This document shows positions 1-19,000 of a stretch of DNA of 64,000 nt, piece after piece (position 1 is the stretch's first letter; every line of letters begins with the position of its first letter). Source of the stretch: Hormiphora californensis (taxonomy: Eukaryota; Animalia; Ctenophora); contig CM035356.1 of assembly GCA_020137815.1 (NCBI GenBank), positions 4,774,001-4,838,000 on the forward strand, in the 5' to 3' direction. The translations under genes were made by a program, and so were the position numbers. The notes under the pieces were generated by a model that was not told the DNA's origin, ran no database searches, and saw only the letters and a program-made list of their open reading frames with translations.

Positions 1-244
1 AACGAGGAATGCAGTGTGAAATGGAAGGGTAGAGAGGACTTTTGAGAAAAAGTAGGGGCCAGTTGTGTATAGACCATCCTCCATCTCTCTAGAAAAAAGG
101 GGTTGTTATGTTCTAACCCTCCTTTACAGTAGTCTAGCTAGGCAAAAAAGGGGGTTAAAAGTTGCCCCTCACAAGTCACATTGCTTGAGAGTGGCAACAT
201 GAGGAGACAGCACTAGATTGCACTAGATTACTCCGAGTACAAAC

Positions 245-6552
<6,308 letters not shown>

Positions 6553-6569
6553 ACTTCTCTAATTATTGC

Positions 6570-7593
6570 AACGGGAAATTGTTATTAGAGAAATAATTGT
6601 TAGAGATAACGGGAAATAATTGTTAGAGATAACGGGAAATTGTTAGAGATAACGGGAAATTATTAGAGATAACGGGAAATTGTTAGAGATAACGGGAAAT
6701 TGTTAGAGATAACGGGAAATTGTTAGAGATAATGGGAAATCGTTAGAGATAACGGGAAATTGTTAGAGATAACGGGAAATTGTTAGAGATAACGGGAAAT
6801 TGTTAGAGATAACGGGAAATTGTTAGAGATAATGGGAAATTATTAGAGATAACGGGAAATTGTTAGAGATAACGGGAAATTGTTAGAGATAACGGGAAAT
6901 AATTGTTAGAGGTAACGGGAAAGTGTTAGAGATAACGGGAAATTGTTAGAGATAACGGGAAATTGTTAGAGATAACGGGAAATTGTTAGAGATAACGGGA
7001 AATAATTGTTAGAGATAACGGGAAATTGTTAGAGATAATGGGAAATTATTAGAGATAACGGGAAATTGTTAGAGATATAACGGGAAATAATTAGAGATAA
7101 CGGGAAATTGTTAGAGATAACGGGAAATTGTTAGAGATAACGGGACATTGTTAGAGATAACGGGACATCGTTAGAGATAACGGGAAATTATTAGAGATAA
7201 CGGGAAATTATTAGAGATAACGGGAAATTGTTAGAGATAACGGGAAATTGTTAGAGATAACGGGAAATTGTTAGAGATAATGGGAAATTGTTAGAGATAA
7301 CGGGACATTGTTAGAGATAACGGGAAATAATTAGAGATAACGGGAAATTGTTAGAGATAACGGGAAATTGTTAGAGATAACGGGACATTGTTAGAGATAA
7401 CGGGACATCGTTAGAGATAACGGGAAATTATTAGAGATAACGGGAAATTATTAGAGATAACGGGAAATTGTTAGAGATAACGGGAAATTGTTAGAGATAA
7501 CGGGAAATAATTGTTAGAGAAAACGGGAAATTGTTAGAGATAACGGGAAATCGTTAAAGATAACGGGAAATTATTAGAGGTAACGGGAAATTG
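6570..7593. repeat. 20-bp minisatellite, about 50 copies, between the CSTF3 3' end and the ABCG8 start
   Basis: Unit GTTAGAGATAACGGGAAATT. Confidence 0.95.
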
Positions 7594-7640
7594 ACAAGGA
7601 ACGACACACGCAATAGTTTATTGAAAAGTTAGCTTTTATT
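7593..7640 (-). terminator. Probable CSTF3 polyadenylation signal
   Basis: AATAAA on the minus strand at 7635-7640 and 7617-7622, followed by GU-rich GCGTGTGTCGTTCCTTGTC; about 420 nt after the stop codon. Confidence 0.55.
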
Positions 7641-8053
7641 TAAAAATCATGGAGTATGACAAATAAATAAGAGTATAAAAACTAGAGGGTATATAATCAG
7701 AGACAATGAAGCTGGTAAAGAACTCTCCTTCTTTCTTCCCCTAGTACAACAGAGCTATTTGACTCTCCTTCTTCCCCTAGTACAACAGACTCTCTCACTG
7801 TATGAGTGTAACATAAGTATGGAAACATTTTGGGTAGCAAAGGCTTTGTAGCAATGAGGAACGGTCGATTTGGAGAACAGTTATCCATAGTATTGTCAAA
7901 TAGTCTACATAAACAAGTTAAAATAAGTTATACCAGTAACTTATGGAAAGAGACCCCTATCATTCTATCTATCCATCCACAGCGTTGCTTCGGCAACACC
8001 ACACATACTTTCTTTCTCTGTCCCTCTCACTCCCACTGCTAAAAACTGTCTTA

Positions 8054-9612
8054 TTACGTTTGAACGTGACGTCTCTGCTGCCTCATCCTATACACATCGA
8101 ATTGAGGTGGCGCTACCTGTCTGTTCCCTTCCTCCTCCTCCTCTTCCTCCTCCTCCTCCCCAGGACGAGGCCTCTTCCTGAGGCCAGTGTACTCCGTGTA
8201 GGCGTCCACATCCATATTCTCCCCAGCCGCCATCCGCTCAAGCATGGCATCGAATGAGGCAGGACACTTCTCTGTGACCGCCTTGATCAGCTTATCCACT
8301 GCCACAAAGGGTCCGTGGAAGCAATGAGGCGGGGGCATGTTCATGAGAACTTCTGAGGCAGCAGCCGGCACTGGGTACCCAAAGAGTTGGTTAGCTCGCA
8401 TGTTGGAAGAGGGCAGGGGAGAGAAGGGGACCATGTGAGAGAAATCAGGGCGGGCAACTCCTCCAGTGGTCTTGGTCGCGTCTTGTGTTGTCGGAGCAAG
8501 TGTCTTCTTAGGACCGCCAAACGGAGTTTTACTGAAGCTAGCCTCAGCTTTGACATTATAATCCATGGCCCTCAGCTCCTGGGTTGTACAGGGGTACAAA
8601 TCGAGATATCGGTATCTGTCAACCAAGAGTGAGGTTTCTCGTTCTTTACACTCGCCCTCGAACGCTCCAACACGCCTCTTCTCCACCTTGACTAGAGACG
8701 CCAGATCACCCACACTGCTTTCAAATCGGAGGAATTCACTCCAAACAGGCCAGCTCTTGTCCCTGTCGAGTGATGCTAGAACTCGCTCAAATAGGACCCT
8801 GCAATATAACAAGGGGTTAAATATAAATATGAAAAGAAGTTGTGTCAAATGAAGCAGCACCATGGGCTGGCAATGAAGTAATAATTAATTAATTAATTAA
8901 TTAATTAATTAATTAATTAATTAATTAATTAATTAATTAATTAATTATACAATACCTGGTTGTGTTATCATCATTATGGTGTGAAAGGTGTCCCAGATAC
9001 TTCAAAATATAATTCACATCCCCTGGATATTTCTTCAGCCCATGCTCAAAGATCCTAATAGCTATTTCCTCACTCTTACTAGAGTAATACTCCATCAGTG
9101 CAGCACAGATGTACACGTGGTAACGGGATTTTGGGTCTTCCCGGGATCGCTTGAAGACCGATCGAGCTGCTGCAATCCCCTCCGCACGCCGGGCAAACTT
9201 CATGTATTGGATGTACACCTGAGACAAAAGAGTGCTGGGAAAGTGTTTTGAGTGCTGGGAGGGAAAGGGGGGGGGGGTGTTTGGAGTGTGGGGAAGTGAG
9301 AAAGGTCGAAGATTGGAGATCTACAACTATTTCAGGGTCATACGACCACAATATCGATTATACACATTACACTTATTATGAGACTTACCAGTGTGGGATC
9401 GGGAACAGTCTTGAGCAGAGAATCATAAATCCTGTGACATTCCTCGTTCTTTACCCTCCACTCCTCATAATCCGCGTAGGCAAAATGAAGGAGGAGGTTG
9501 TTCTTGAGAAGTCCCGCTGTTGCTTTCTCATACAGAGCTGCTACCTGAGGGTGAGAGGGAGAGAGAGAGAGTGAGTGAGTGGGAGAGTGAGTGAGAGAGA
9601 GAGGGATAGAGA

Positions 9613-9692
<80 letters not shown>

Positions 9693-10826
9693 CCACCCCA
9701 CTCACCTCGTCTCTCCACTTCTGGCTTTGTTGGGTATCCCCCTTCTCGTGTACTAGGGTAGCAGTTTTATCCAGGAACAGTGCAGCTTCATACCAGATAT
9801 CTGGGTGATGGCCCCATGTCAACAATGCCTGTTCGTACGCGTACATGACCCTCTTCTTAATTAGAGCCTGGTCATCCGTCCTCATTGGGTTGTTTTTCTC
9901 CCAACTCACATACTTCTTCCACATATCAATCTGCTGCCGTTCCTCTGGTGTATTCTGAGGGGGAATGGCCGGGGCACCCCGTTTTAATCCCTGTGTGGTC
10001 GCTTCGTAATCTTTAGCCACACGCCGAGCATTCTGGTAATCCCGGCTCCTCTCCTCTAGGAGTTTCTTGGCTATTATCTCGTTAACACTCTGCTCGAAGT
10101 TGCTGTAATCCCTCCATAGCTGTTCGACGTTAGCAAGAGGCATCATAACCGCTCTCTGATAGACTCTCCGTGTGGCCATGATCTTCTGATTTACTGCGTA
10201 GGAACCGTGTACCTCACCGTCCTTTATAAATGTCACATAGTCACTCCAGATGGTCCCGGAGGCAACGTCAATTCCCACTTTTTCAAGGGCAAACTCGTAC
10301 GCCTTCATCATTTTCTCTCTGGGGAATGAAGGAGGGGGGTTTAGTTACCGAAGTTCTCAAAAACAAACTGTATATTCATTAATTACTCAAAAGGAAAACT
10401 TCTCGAGTATTGTCCCATAACCTTAGATAAACAAACGTCATTCACTTGATGGCAGAAGAAAAAGACTCACCTAAAATTCGGGAGACCCTTCTTTGTTTCT
10501 TTTACGTAGGTCAGATAGAATTTCCACAAATCAAGGTTCAGGACTTTCAGCAAACACCTTTGGAACAACTGCTCAACTTGCTCAAAGTTATGGCACTTCA
10601 GTTCCTCTTCGATGTACAGCTTCCAGAACCTGCCACAGGTGGGATAGGTCGACATGAGCCTCTCATACACTTTCCTCGAGTGATCAATATGCTTTTCCTG
10701 GGCATCCTTGATCAGTATGATCCAACTCTCCATATCAAAAGGGTGGATTTTTAGTTTTGCCTCGGCCTTCTGAAGCTTGTCACCCTTGTCCAGCAACACA
10801 TCAGGAACGCTTTCAGTCTTTGCCAT
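8054..10826 (-). CDS. CSTF3: Cleavage stimulation factor 77 kDa subunit (CstF-77 / suppressor of forked)
   Basis: Exons 10826-10471, 10318-9706, 9544-9389, 9218-8956, 8798-8054. HAT repeats ([30 protein letters not shown]), [26 protein letters not shown]-terminal [10 protein letters not shown]. Confidence 0.95.
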
Positions 10827-11547
10827 GTCTAAAATATGGGCCTTGATTTGTAAAAACGTTCTGGGCCCATAATATTAACATAATATCGACAAACGGGGCA
10901 GGGGGCTCCGGGCGGCCAGCGTTAAATTCTGGGTGTTTCGTTTGAGTGCTGACGAACGGGTTTGAGTGCTGACGAACGGTTTTTAGGGTTAGGGCTAAAG
11001 TAGGGTTAGGGTTAGGGTTGGGTTTGGACCTTGACATTTCCTACCAGATAAACTTTGAATTAGCCAAAACGGTTGAGTGGTTTGGCGGTTAAAGCCATTT
11101 TAGTGTGCACCTTTTTTGGACGTGTGCACCTGTAAACTGTAAAGAAAAAACCCAGATCTTAAAAACGTGAAGAGAGCGATAAATTCAAGCCGACACCGGG
11201 GTCTCAGGCCTCAGCACAGCACGATTGGTCACAGAGCGATAAATAAAAATAAAAAGAGCGATAAATATGAAAAAACCACGCGCAGCCAGGATTTTTTGTC
11301 AGCACTGATGTGCTTTCGGCGCGGAGAAACGCCGCGCGCGTGGGGAAAAATTCTAAAAAAATCAGAAAAAATTTCCTCAATCCCCAAAATATCAAAATCT
11401 CAAATCTGGTTTGCAACACGGCTCCTCCTCTCCACCTGCTGTATCTGTGTAACCTCAAGGTTCTTTATTTGGAAACTTCAAGACATGCGTATTTAAAAAA
11501 ATCCCCGTTAATTTTTGAAGAATGTAAAAATAGGGTGTGAAAATGCG
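10827..11547. promoter_or_regulatory. Putative bidirectional promoter region between divergent CSTF3 and ANKEF1, containing telomere-like TTAGGG repeats (10983-11025)
   Basis: About 720 bp between head-to-head start codons; CpG-rich patch near 11280-11345. Confidence 0.45.
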
Positions 11548-14449
11548 ATGGCGGACGGTTTCAGCCGTCTCCAGATTCTGCAAAGTCGAAAGTTTCTGTT
11601 CAGCGTGAAGCAGGGAGACTCTGCCCAGGTCGAAAAGCTATGCCTTCGGGGAGTTCCTGATATCGTAAACACCATAGGTAAAGGTTGCGTGCATCTTCAC
11701 CGGACGGCGGACATTTCCAATTTTCCTGCACTCTTACTTAACTTAACCAGTTTATTCCAGTTTACACTTGAACCACCTTCTTCCATCACCTCAGTTGAAC
11801 CAGAGGGGGAATGCGGAATCCATGCAGCGGTCAAGAAGGCCGACACCGATATGATTTTAAAACTTTTGGATCTTGGTGCCAGCATAGACAGACGTGATTC
11901 TGTTGGTAGGACACCACTTATGATAGCCGTGGATTATGGATATGATCATCTCCTAGACACACTGTTAGACAATGGAGCCAAGTTTGATGGTACAGGAATA
12001 TTCTTAATAACATTTCCTTACCTTTTGTATTTCTCTTCCTTCCTCTCTTTATCACACACTTTACTATTCAGCAACCGACCAGAACGGGAACTGTGTGGTG
12101 TGGTACGCTTTAAAACCCACTAAGCGGCATCTTAACTGCCTGGAGAAATTGTGCAAGATGAGTGCTGATGTTAACGCTACGGTAAGTTCCGGGACACAGA
12201 TTTGAGTTTTACAGTGTCGGTGTTAGAATAGAGATCTTCCCGAGATTGGAACAAGGATCCTGGTGTGAAATTATAAAATGTTTGTTGGAATATAGATTGA
12301 AACACGGAAAACATGCAATTTTAAAACAGTGAAATAAGCTAGTTAAAAGCAGTCTGTATACACAATATATCCCTAAATATACACCAGAGCGTGGTCTCTA
12401 GACCACATTGCAAGCTGGCACTATCTGATTCTTATTACTAACACAGCTTTGCTTGACATGTTAACTGCAGTTGTTACTTGAATTCACAATTACTAGCCCT
12501 GGCCCTAGTGGCCCTACTCTCCTCTCAATGGACCACCTGAGAGCCTGTGGGGTAAACGATATAAACAGAACCGGGTTCAGTACCGCAGCAAAAAGGGGCA
12601 CTAGAATGTAACTTGCAAACTCCAGCACAGTGTCTCTCTTTTCAAAAACACCATCTGAGGCGTTCTCAATCTGGATCCGGGATGAAACTCCAGCCGCTGT
12701 GGTGCACAAGATTGCTCCGATGTTGGTCAGCAGGATTTTAATGCTAACCTTCTTGTTGTCAACCTGTGTCTGGTTCAAATCTTTCACTTTAGAGGCCGGT
12801 CTGAAGAGGTGAACGACAGTGAATCCCGAGGCAATGACACTCAGTGAAATAAGCTAGTTAAAAGCAGTCTGTATACACAATATATCCCTAAATATACACC
12901 AGAGCGTGGTCTCTAGACCACATTGCAAGCTGGCGTCTGCACTATCTGATTCTTATTACTAACACAGCTTTGCTTGACATGTTAACTGCAGTTGTTACTT
13001 GAATTCACAATTACTAGCCCTGGTCCTAGTGGCCCTACTCTCCTCTCAATGGACCAGCGGAGAGCCTGTGGGGTAAAAGATATAAACAGAACCGGGTTCA
13101 GTACCGCAGCAAACAGGGGGACCAGAATGTAACTAGCAAACTCCAGCACAGTGTCTCTCTTCTCAAAAACACCATCCGAGGCGTTCTCAATCTGAATCCG
13201 GGATGAAACTCCAGCCGCTGTGGTGCACAAGATTGCTCCGATGTTGGTCAGCAGGATTTTAATGCTAACCTTCTTGTTGTCAACCTGTGTCTGGTTCAAA
13301 TCTTTCACTTTAGAGGCCGGTCTGAAGAGGTGAACGACAGTGAATCCCGAGGCAATGACACTCAGTGCTTGGCACACCAGTGGGGGCCAGATGCACAGTA
13401 GTAGGACCCGGATATCATTTCGGGTTCCGTTCCTGTCCCGGGTGAAGAGATATGGGTTGAGGATGATGTTGACACTTGCATTAAGGACGGCCAGGTCATC
13501 AAACAGTACCACGGACATCACCCCGACAGTGTAGAGGAAGTAGAGGGCCACAAATAACATGATCCACCTGATTTTCAACTTCCGAAAGGGAAATTTGATC
13601 GCCAGGAACCGTGTTATAGCTAGAAGGGCGGTTATGCAGCTTGGAACAACTGTTAGGGTCCACATAATTACTGAGAGTAGTCTTTCTCCGGTGGAGGGGC
13701 TAGCATTCTCAACACACACAAACTGAGGTGTTTCAGTGGTGGTTGCGGTGGTAGTGTCGTAAAAACATCTCGGTGGTTCAACCCTGGCAATTTGGAGAAT
13801 GTTGTTTGGTGAAATGATGAGATTCGTTAAAAAATCCACTGTCGCGAGGGTCAGGAAGAGTGCTTTTGGGATTGAGTTCTTTTTCCCGAGGTTATAGAGG
13901 ATGACACATGGGTTGAGGAGGGACGAGAGGAAGAGGAACATGGCGAGGATGATGATAATATAGATGTCAGGGGAGGAGTACCATCCGGTACTAAACATGG
14001 ACATTTTACTAAAACATGGGGAGAGAGGGGTTAGCTATAGTACTAAACATGGGCATTTTACTAAAACATGGGGAGAGAGGGGTTAGCTATAGTACTAAAC
14101 ATGGGCATTTTACTAAAACATGGGGAGAGAGGGGTTAGCTCCAGTACTAAACATGGACATCTTACACGGTCGCTTGCAGTGGGAAAACGGTAACATATTT
14201 ATTAAAGAGAAACAAGGATTTTGCAGTACTAATATTCAATTAAGAACAGGAGCTTTCGACTGATCTATGTCAGACGATGGGAGTTAGCTATAGTACTAAA
14301 ATATCGAAATTTTACTAAAACATATTTTACTAAAACATCGAAATTTTACTAAAACTTGCTGTCAGTAGGTCATTGAATTTTATAACAAACTAGAAATGCT
14401 ATAACTTCAACTGAGTGCTATAACTACCTTCTTTTCCCCGTTCTTCACA

Positions 14450-14504
<55 letters not shown>

Positions 14505-15974
14505 ATCTCTTAACACCTGCTCGTTAGAGATAATGATCTGGTTTAGTGGGCTTGAGACACTAGTAAAGCAAGGTTGATTGCTCCTTGCATAGTAATATTC
14601 TATCAAGCTATAATATTATTTATACTTCTAATTTCTATAATTACTATTCTTGAGGCAGGAAAATCTAGGCCAACATAATAGTTTCACTCTCCCAATCCAC
14701 CAATAAGTTCTGATTGTAACAATATCCTATTATCCTATTCTGTAATAGTTCTCATTCAACCTTCTCGAACGGCAAGAGTTAACACAAATTATCAGATTCT
14801 ATAATTCATAACACACTACTGATATTCTAAGAGAAGAGGTTATCTCTATAATCTCTATAATCTCTATAATCTCTATAATCTCTATAATGTCTCCACTGCC
14901 CTGGACGACCTTCCTCCAGATGTAATACACCCCCATCCCCCGACCCATCAATCGTCTGAATTCTGAAGTGACAAGACTATCATGATTCTCCAATCTTCCA
15001 ATAGTTATATTAAACCATTATAAATGCACTAGCTAACTGTAATCAATTCCGGCATAACGTCTCCGCAACTTTGGTATAGATCATGCATCTATCTGATAAA
15101 AATGTCTCTCTGTTTTTACTGTGTTTGTTTGTGGGGAACCTTTGAACGAGATTGTGGAATCACGGAGGTGTACATGAGCGTTACATGTGTAATAAGGTGT
15201 GTGTGTTCCTAACAAGTAATTTTACCAGCTCCCCCAGTATATGCATCATTCTCTCGAGGCTGGCCAATCTGAATTACATTACGCTTTTAGTAGTCATAGC
15301 AACAAACACGCTTGAATCATCTCATACAGAGAGAGAGAGATGAGAAGAGAGAGGAGAGATGAGAGAGAGAGGAGAGAGAGAAGGACGAGAGGAGGATACA
15401 AACGGAGAAGAGACCGGAGAGGACCCGCAGCGAGCAGACGGAGAGAGATAAGAGAAGACGCATAGGCCCGGGTATTCCAGACGGCTGAACGAGAATGAGA
15501 AGGATAGGCAAAAGACGGAAAACGAGGATGACCTCTCCCACGACATCCACTCTTCTCAAAGTAACATTTTGCGGCAATCGATTACAGTTAGCTTCAAGTA
15601 AAGGCCCCAACAGTGGAAAAAAAACATAGCTTAGTAAGGAAGAAGAGGCAATTGAATTTTTGGGGGGAAAAGGGGGGGGGGGCGAAAGGGGAAATATGAA
15701 ATACCAAAGTATTCTCCGGGAAATACATTTTCGGGATTCATACCCAAATATTAGGCCAAAAAAATAGTAACCCCAAAAAAAGGCGAACCCGGAATACAGG
15801 TTCGAATCCCCCAAAAGGGGAGGGTGGGGGGGAAAAAAACAATTTTTGTCCCAAAAAAAACCCCCTAAGCNNNNNNNNNNNNNNNNNNNNNNNNNNNNNN
15901 NNNNNNNNNNNNNNNNNNNNNNNNNNNNNNNNNNNNNNNNNNNNNNNNNNNNNNNNNNNNNNNNNNNNNNAGAG

Positions 15975-16023
<49 letters not shown>

Positions 16024-19000
16024 AAGAGAGATGATATAGTCCTCTCTCTCCCCTCTCTCCTCTATCTTCTCTCTCCTCTCGGCTCGCTCTCTCTCTTTCT
16101 CTCTACTCTCTCTCGTTTCTCTCTTACTCCTCTCTTCGTCTCTCTCTCTCATCTCTTCTCTTTCTCTCTCTGTTTCTCGTCTTTCTCTTTCTTCGCTCTA
16201 TCTTTCTCCCTCTCTCCTCTTTTCCCTCCTGAAAAGTACATGTTATGCCGGAATCGATTACAGTTAGCTTCTTTCTAAATGGTACCTATACAGTGTCACA
16301 GCACAAGTTGGTAAAAGATCCTTTTAAAAACAATTAGGCCATGAATACTATAGCATACTCGGTGGGACAAATAACTAAATGGCTGATGACTGCAAGACTC
16401 TGCATTAATAGTAATCTTCCAAAAGAGCGATATTCGAATATCAGGTTCTGATCAGGAGTGAAATGTTCATTCGTCCGATTTAAATTCTAATGCCCACTAT
16501 AATAATTCCCTGATCCCTCCACGCTTTTCCTCTCTCTGGTCCAATCCCTCTCTAATCCCTCTCTAATCCCTCTAATCCCTCTCTAATCCCTCTCTAATCC
16601 CTCTCTAATCCCTCTCTAATCCCTCTTAGAGTGTCGGATTTTGAAATAATCTTTCCACTTCCATCTTTACTAGACGTATTTTTTCACGCTGATCCGAATC
16701 TGTCATTTGTTTTGATCTACGACCACGTCATCTCCTGGGAAAGCCCCTCCTGAATGAATGCTTGTGCGTCGCGTTGCAGTGCTGTCACTATGCGCTCTCC
16801 TCTCGCCAATTGCTCGCCGGCAAATTTACACACAGCTGTGTCACCTGAGATGGATCTCAACGGTTTGCTGTCTCTCAGTTCAGTAATTTGAGAACTCTGG
16901 ACAAACACTTGTAACTTGGTGGCATAAAATAAAGTAATATCTCAATCTCATCTCTCAAGCAAACTTCACGAAGCTAAAACGTAATCTGTTAATAAAACGG
17001 TTGTAAAATTATACATGTTGTCACGCATGTTACACATAACTATGTTAAAATTGTCTCTAGTTCTATAAAAGTCCCTCTGCCTGATCCATGCGACGTTGTA
17101 GTTTTCCTACACGAACCTTCCTGGTTCTCCTCTCGGTTTCCGTTTTACTGCCAGGGCCATACCCACTTGCCTCATATGCCCGGTGATGCGGTCGACACAC
17201 TTGGATGTGAGGGCCACGTTCCGTTCCACGTGTTGTGTGTGGCACGGAACAGTGTGATGACGCAGGAGTTGTAAGGTATTGTTGCAAATCCTCTCCCCGA
17301 CAATGGGGGGCTCACTCACCAAGCAGACCTTTCCAGTGTTTTGATACAAAAGTCCACTGGCCAGAAAATTCATCGGGTCCTGCAAATGAAATGTGGTAAT
17401 GAAAGTATGTGTTTAATGTAAATAATGATTCATAACAAAAAAGAGAGTATAAGACAAGAATCAAAATATTATAATTGACAAACCTTTTTCAGCACTGTTA
17501 GCTCAAAAATGTGTGTAGCTTTGAAGTTCAACTTAGTTTATTAAAACTTTATCATGCACTGGAAGTAGTCGAACATCTTGGATGATTGAGATGGTGGAGA
17601 TGCCTGAAATACAGGTACAATAATTGGTCTCGGAGCAGATGTACATTGTACAGGTGTCCCACTATCTTTGCATGGCCTGCAATTTTGATTCATGACTGGG
17701 TCCATTAATTAATCATATCTCATCGAAAAATAGGTCAAAATGTTTAATCTAACAAAAACATTGTTACATAGAGATTAGAGAATTGTCAGAAAAAATGTTT
17801 GCCTGACAATTATCTACAACACTGTTTTTGTTAGAGCCATTTTGACCTATTTTTGATGAATATATCAATTTAATCGAGCCCCGTCAAGACTCAAAATTGC
17901 AGGTCACGCAAGGACAGTAGAACACCCTGTACTACAATATGATGATAACATACTAAGCTAGACAGACAATTGTTCAGAATCAGCAATAAATCTACCTTTT
18001 GCTTGCCAAATAATGAGTGGGTAAACATGAATATGTTGCAGAGTAACTCAGATTCAAACTTGGCTTTTTGATTCGATGACCGTTTACTTGCTTTCTTGGT
18101 ATTGTCAAACAGTTTCTTCAAAGCCCTGGGCAAAAACAAGGATAGAAATAATTTAATCCGAGAAATAGTAGAGAACTATTGCAAGTAGTAGAGAACATTC
18201 AATATACTAAAGAACACGTATAATACTCAGGGCCACTTACTTTTTAATATTAAATTCTAAAACTGTTGTAACGCCATTATTGACAAAAAGCTCCGAAATA
18301 GCTCGAGCAGTCAGAGTAAGAGCGTCGTCAACGGGAACTCGTCTGGGGGACCCGGAGGCAAGCTGATCCACGTGCGAAACGGCAAGAAAATGGGAGAGGA
18401 CGTTTCGCTGAGTCAACACTATGTGGGGCTGGAGCGGATCGATCTTTTCAGAACCGATAAAATCGTTTAAAGTGCCAAACGTCATTGAGGTTGTCAAACG
18501 GATAATAACTACCATTTTTACAATCGAAATATCGAATCTCTTTCTCGAAGCACGTGATTTGTCACGTGTTGAAGACATAACCCCGGCTAAAAGTGAATGA
18601 GATTGGGCACTTCCTACTCACCCTAATGATTTTATATTAGATGGCCTAACTGGGTATTTCTCCTTTTAGATCTTTTTTCCTGTTGTTTGGTTCGTGATTC
18701 CAGTCCAGGTTGAGTTTCAGGAAATATCGATATTTCCTGAAACTCAACCTGGAATTACGAACCAAGCAACAGGTCCAATTCATTAGCAAATGATCAATTG
18801 ATGATGGATTGGATCTTAATTGTCTTGGCGTTTAAACTCAAAATTTCTGACCGCTGAGCAGCTTCGTTGAGATCCATCTCAGCTCAGGTGGCACAGTTGT
18901 GTGTAAATTTGCGAGCGCAGCTAATTGGCGAGAGAGAGCGCATAGTGACAGCACTGCAACGCGACGCACAAGCAATTCATTCAGGAGGGCTTCTCCAGGG

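Noticed and set aside
10983-11025. Chromosome end or telomere fusion
   Set aside because: Short, degenerate and internal; similar tracts occur within MITEs.
15030-16270. Inverted GCTAACTGTAATC..CCGGCATAAC ends as a defined transposon
   Set aside because: It spans the N gap and noisy sequence, so boundaries and TSD cannot be trusted.
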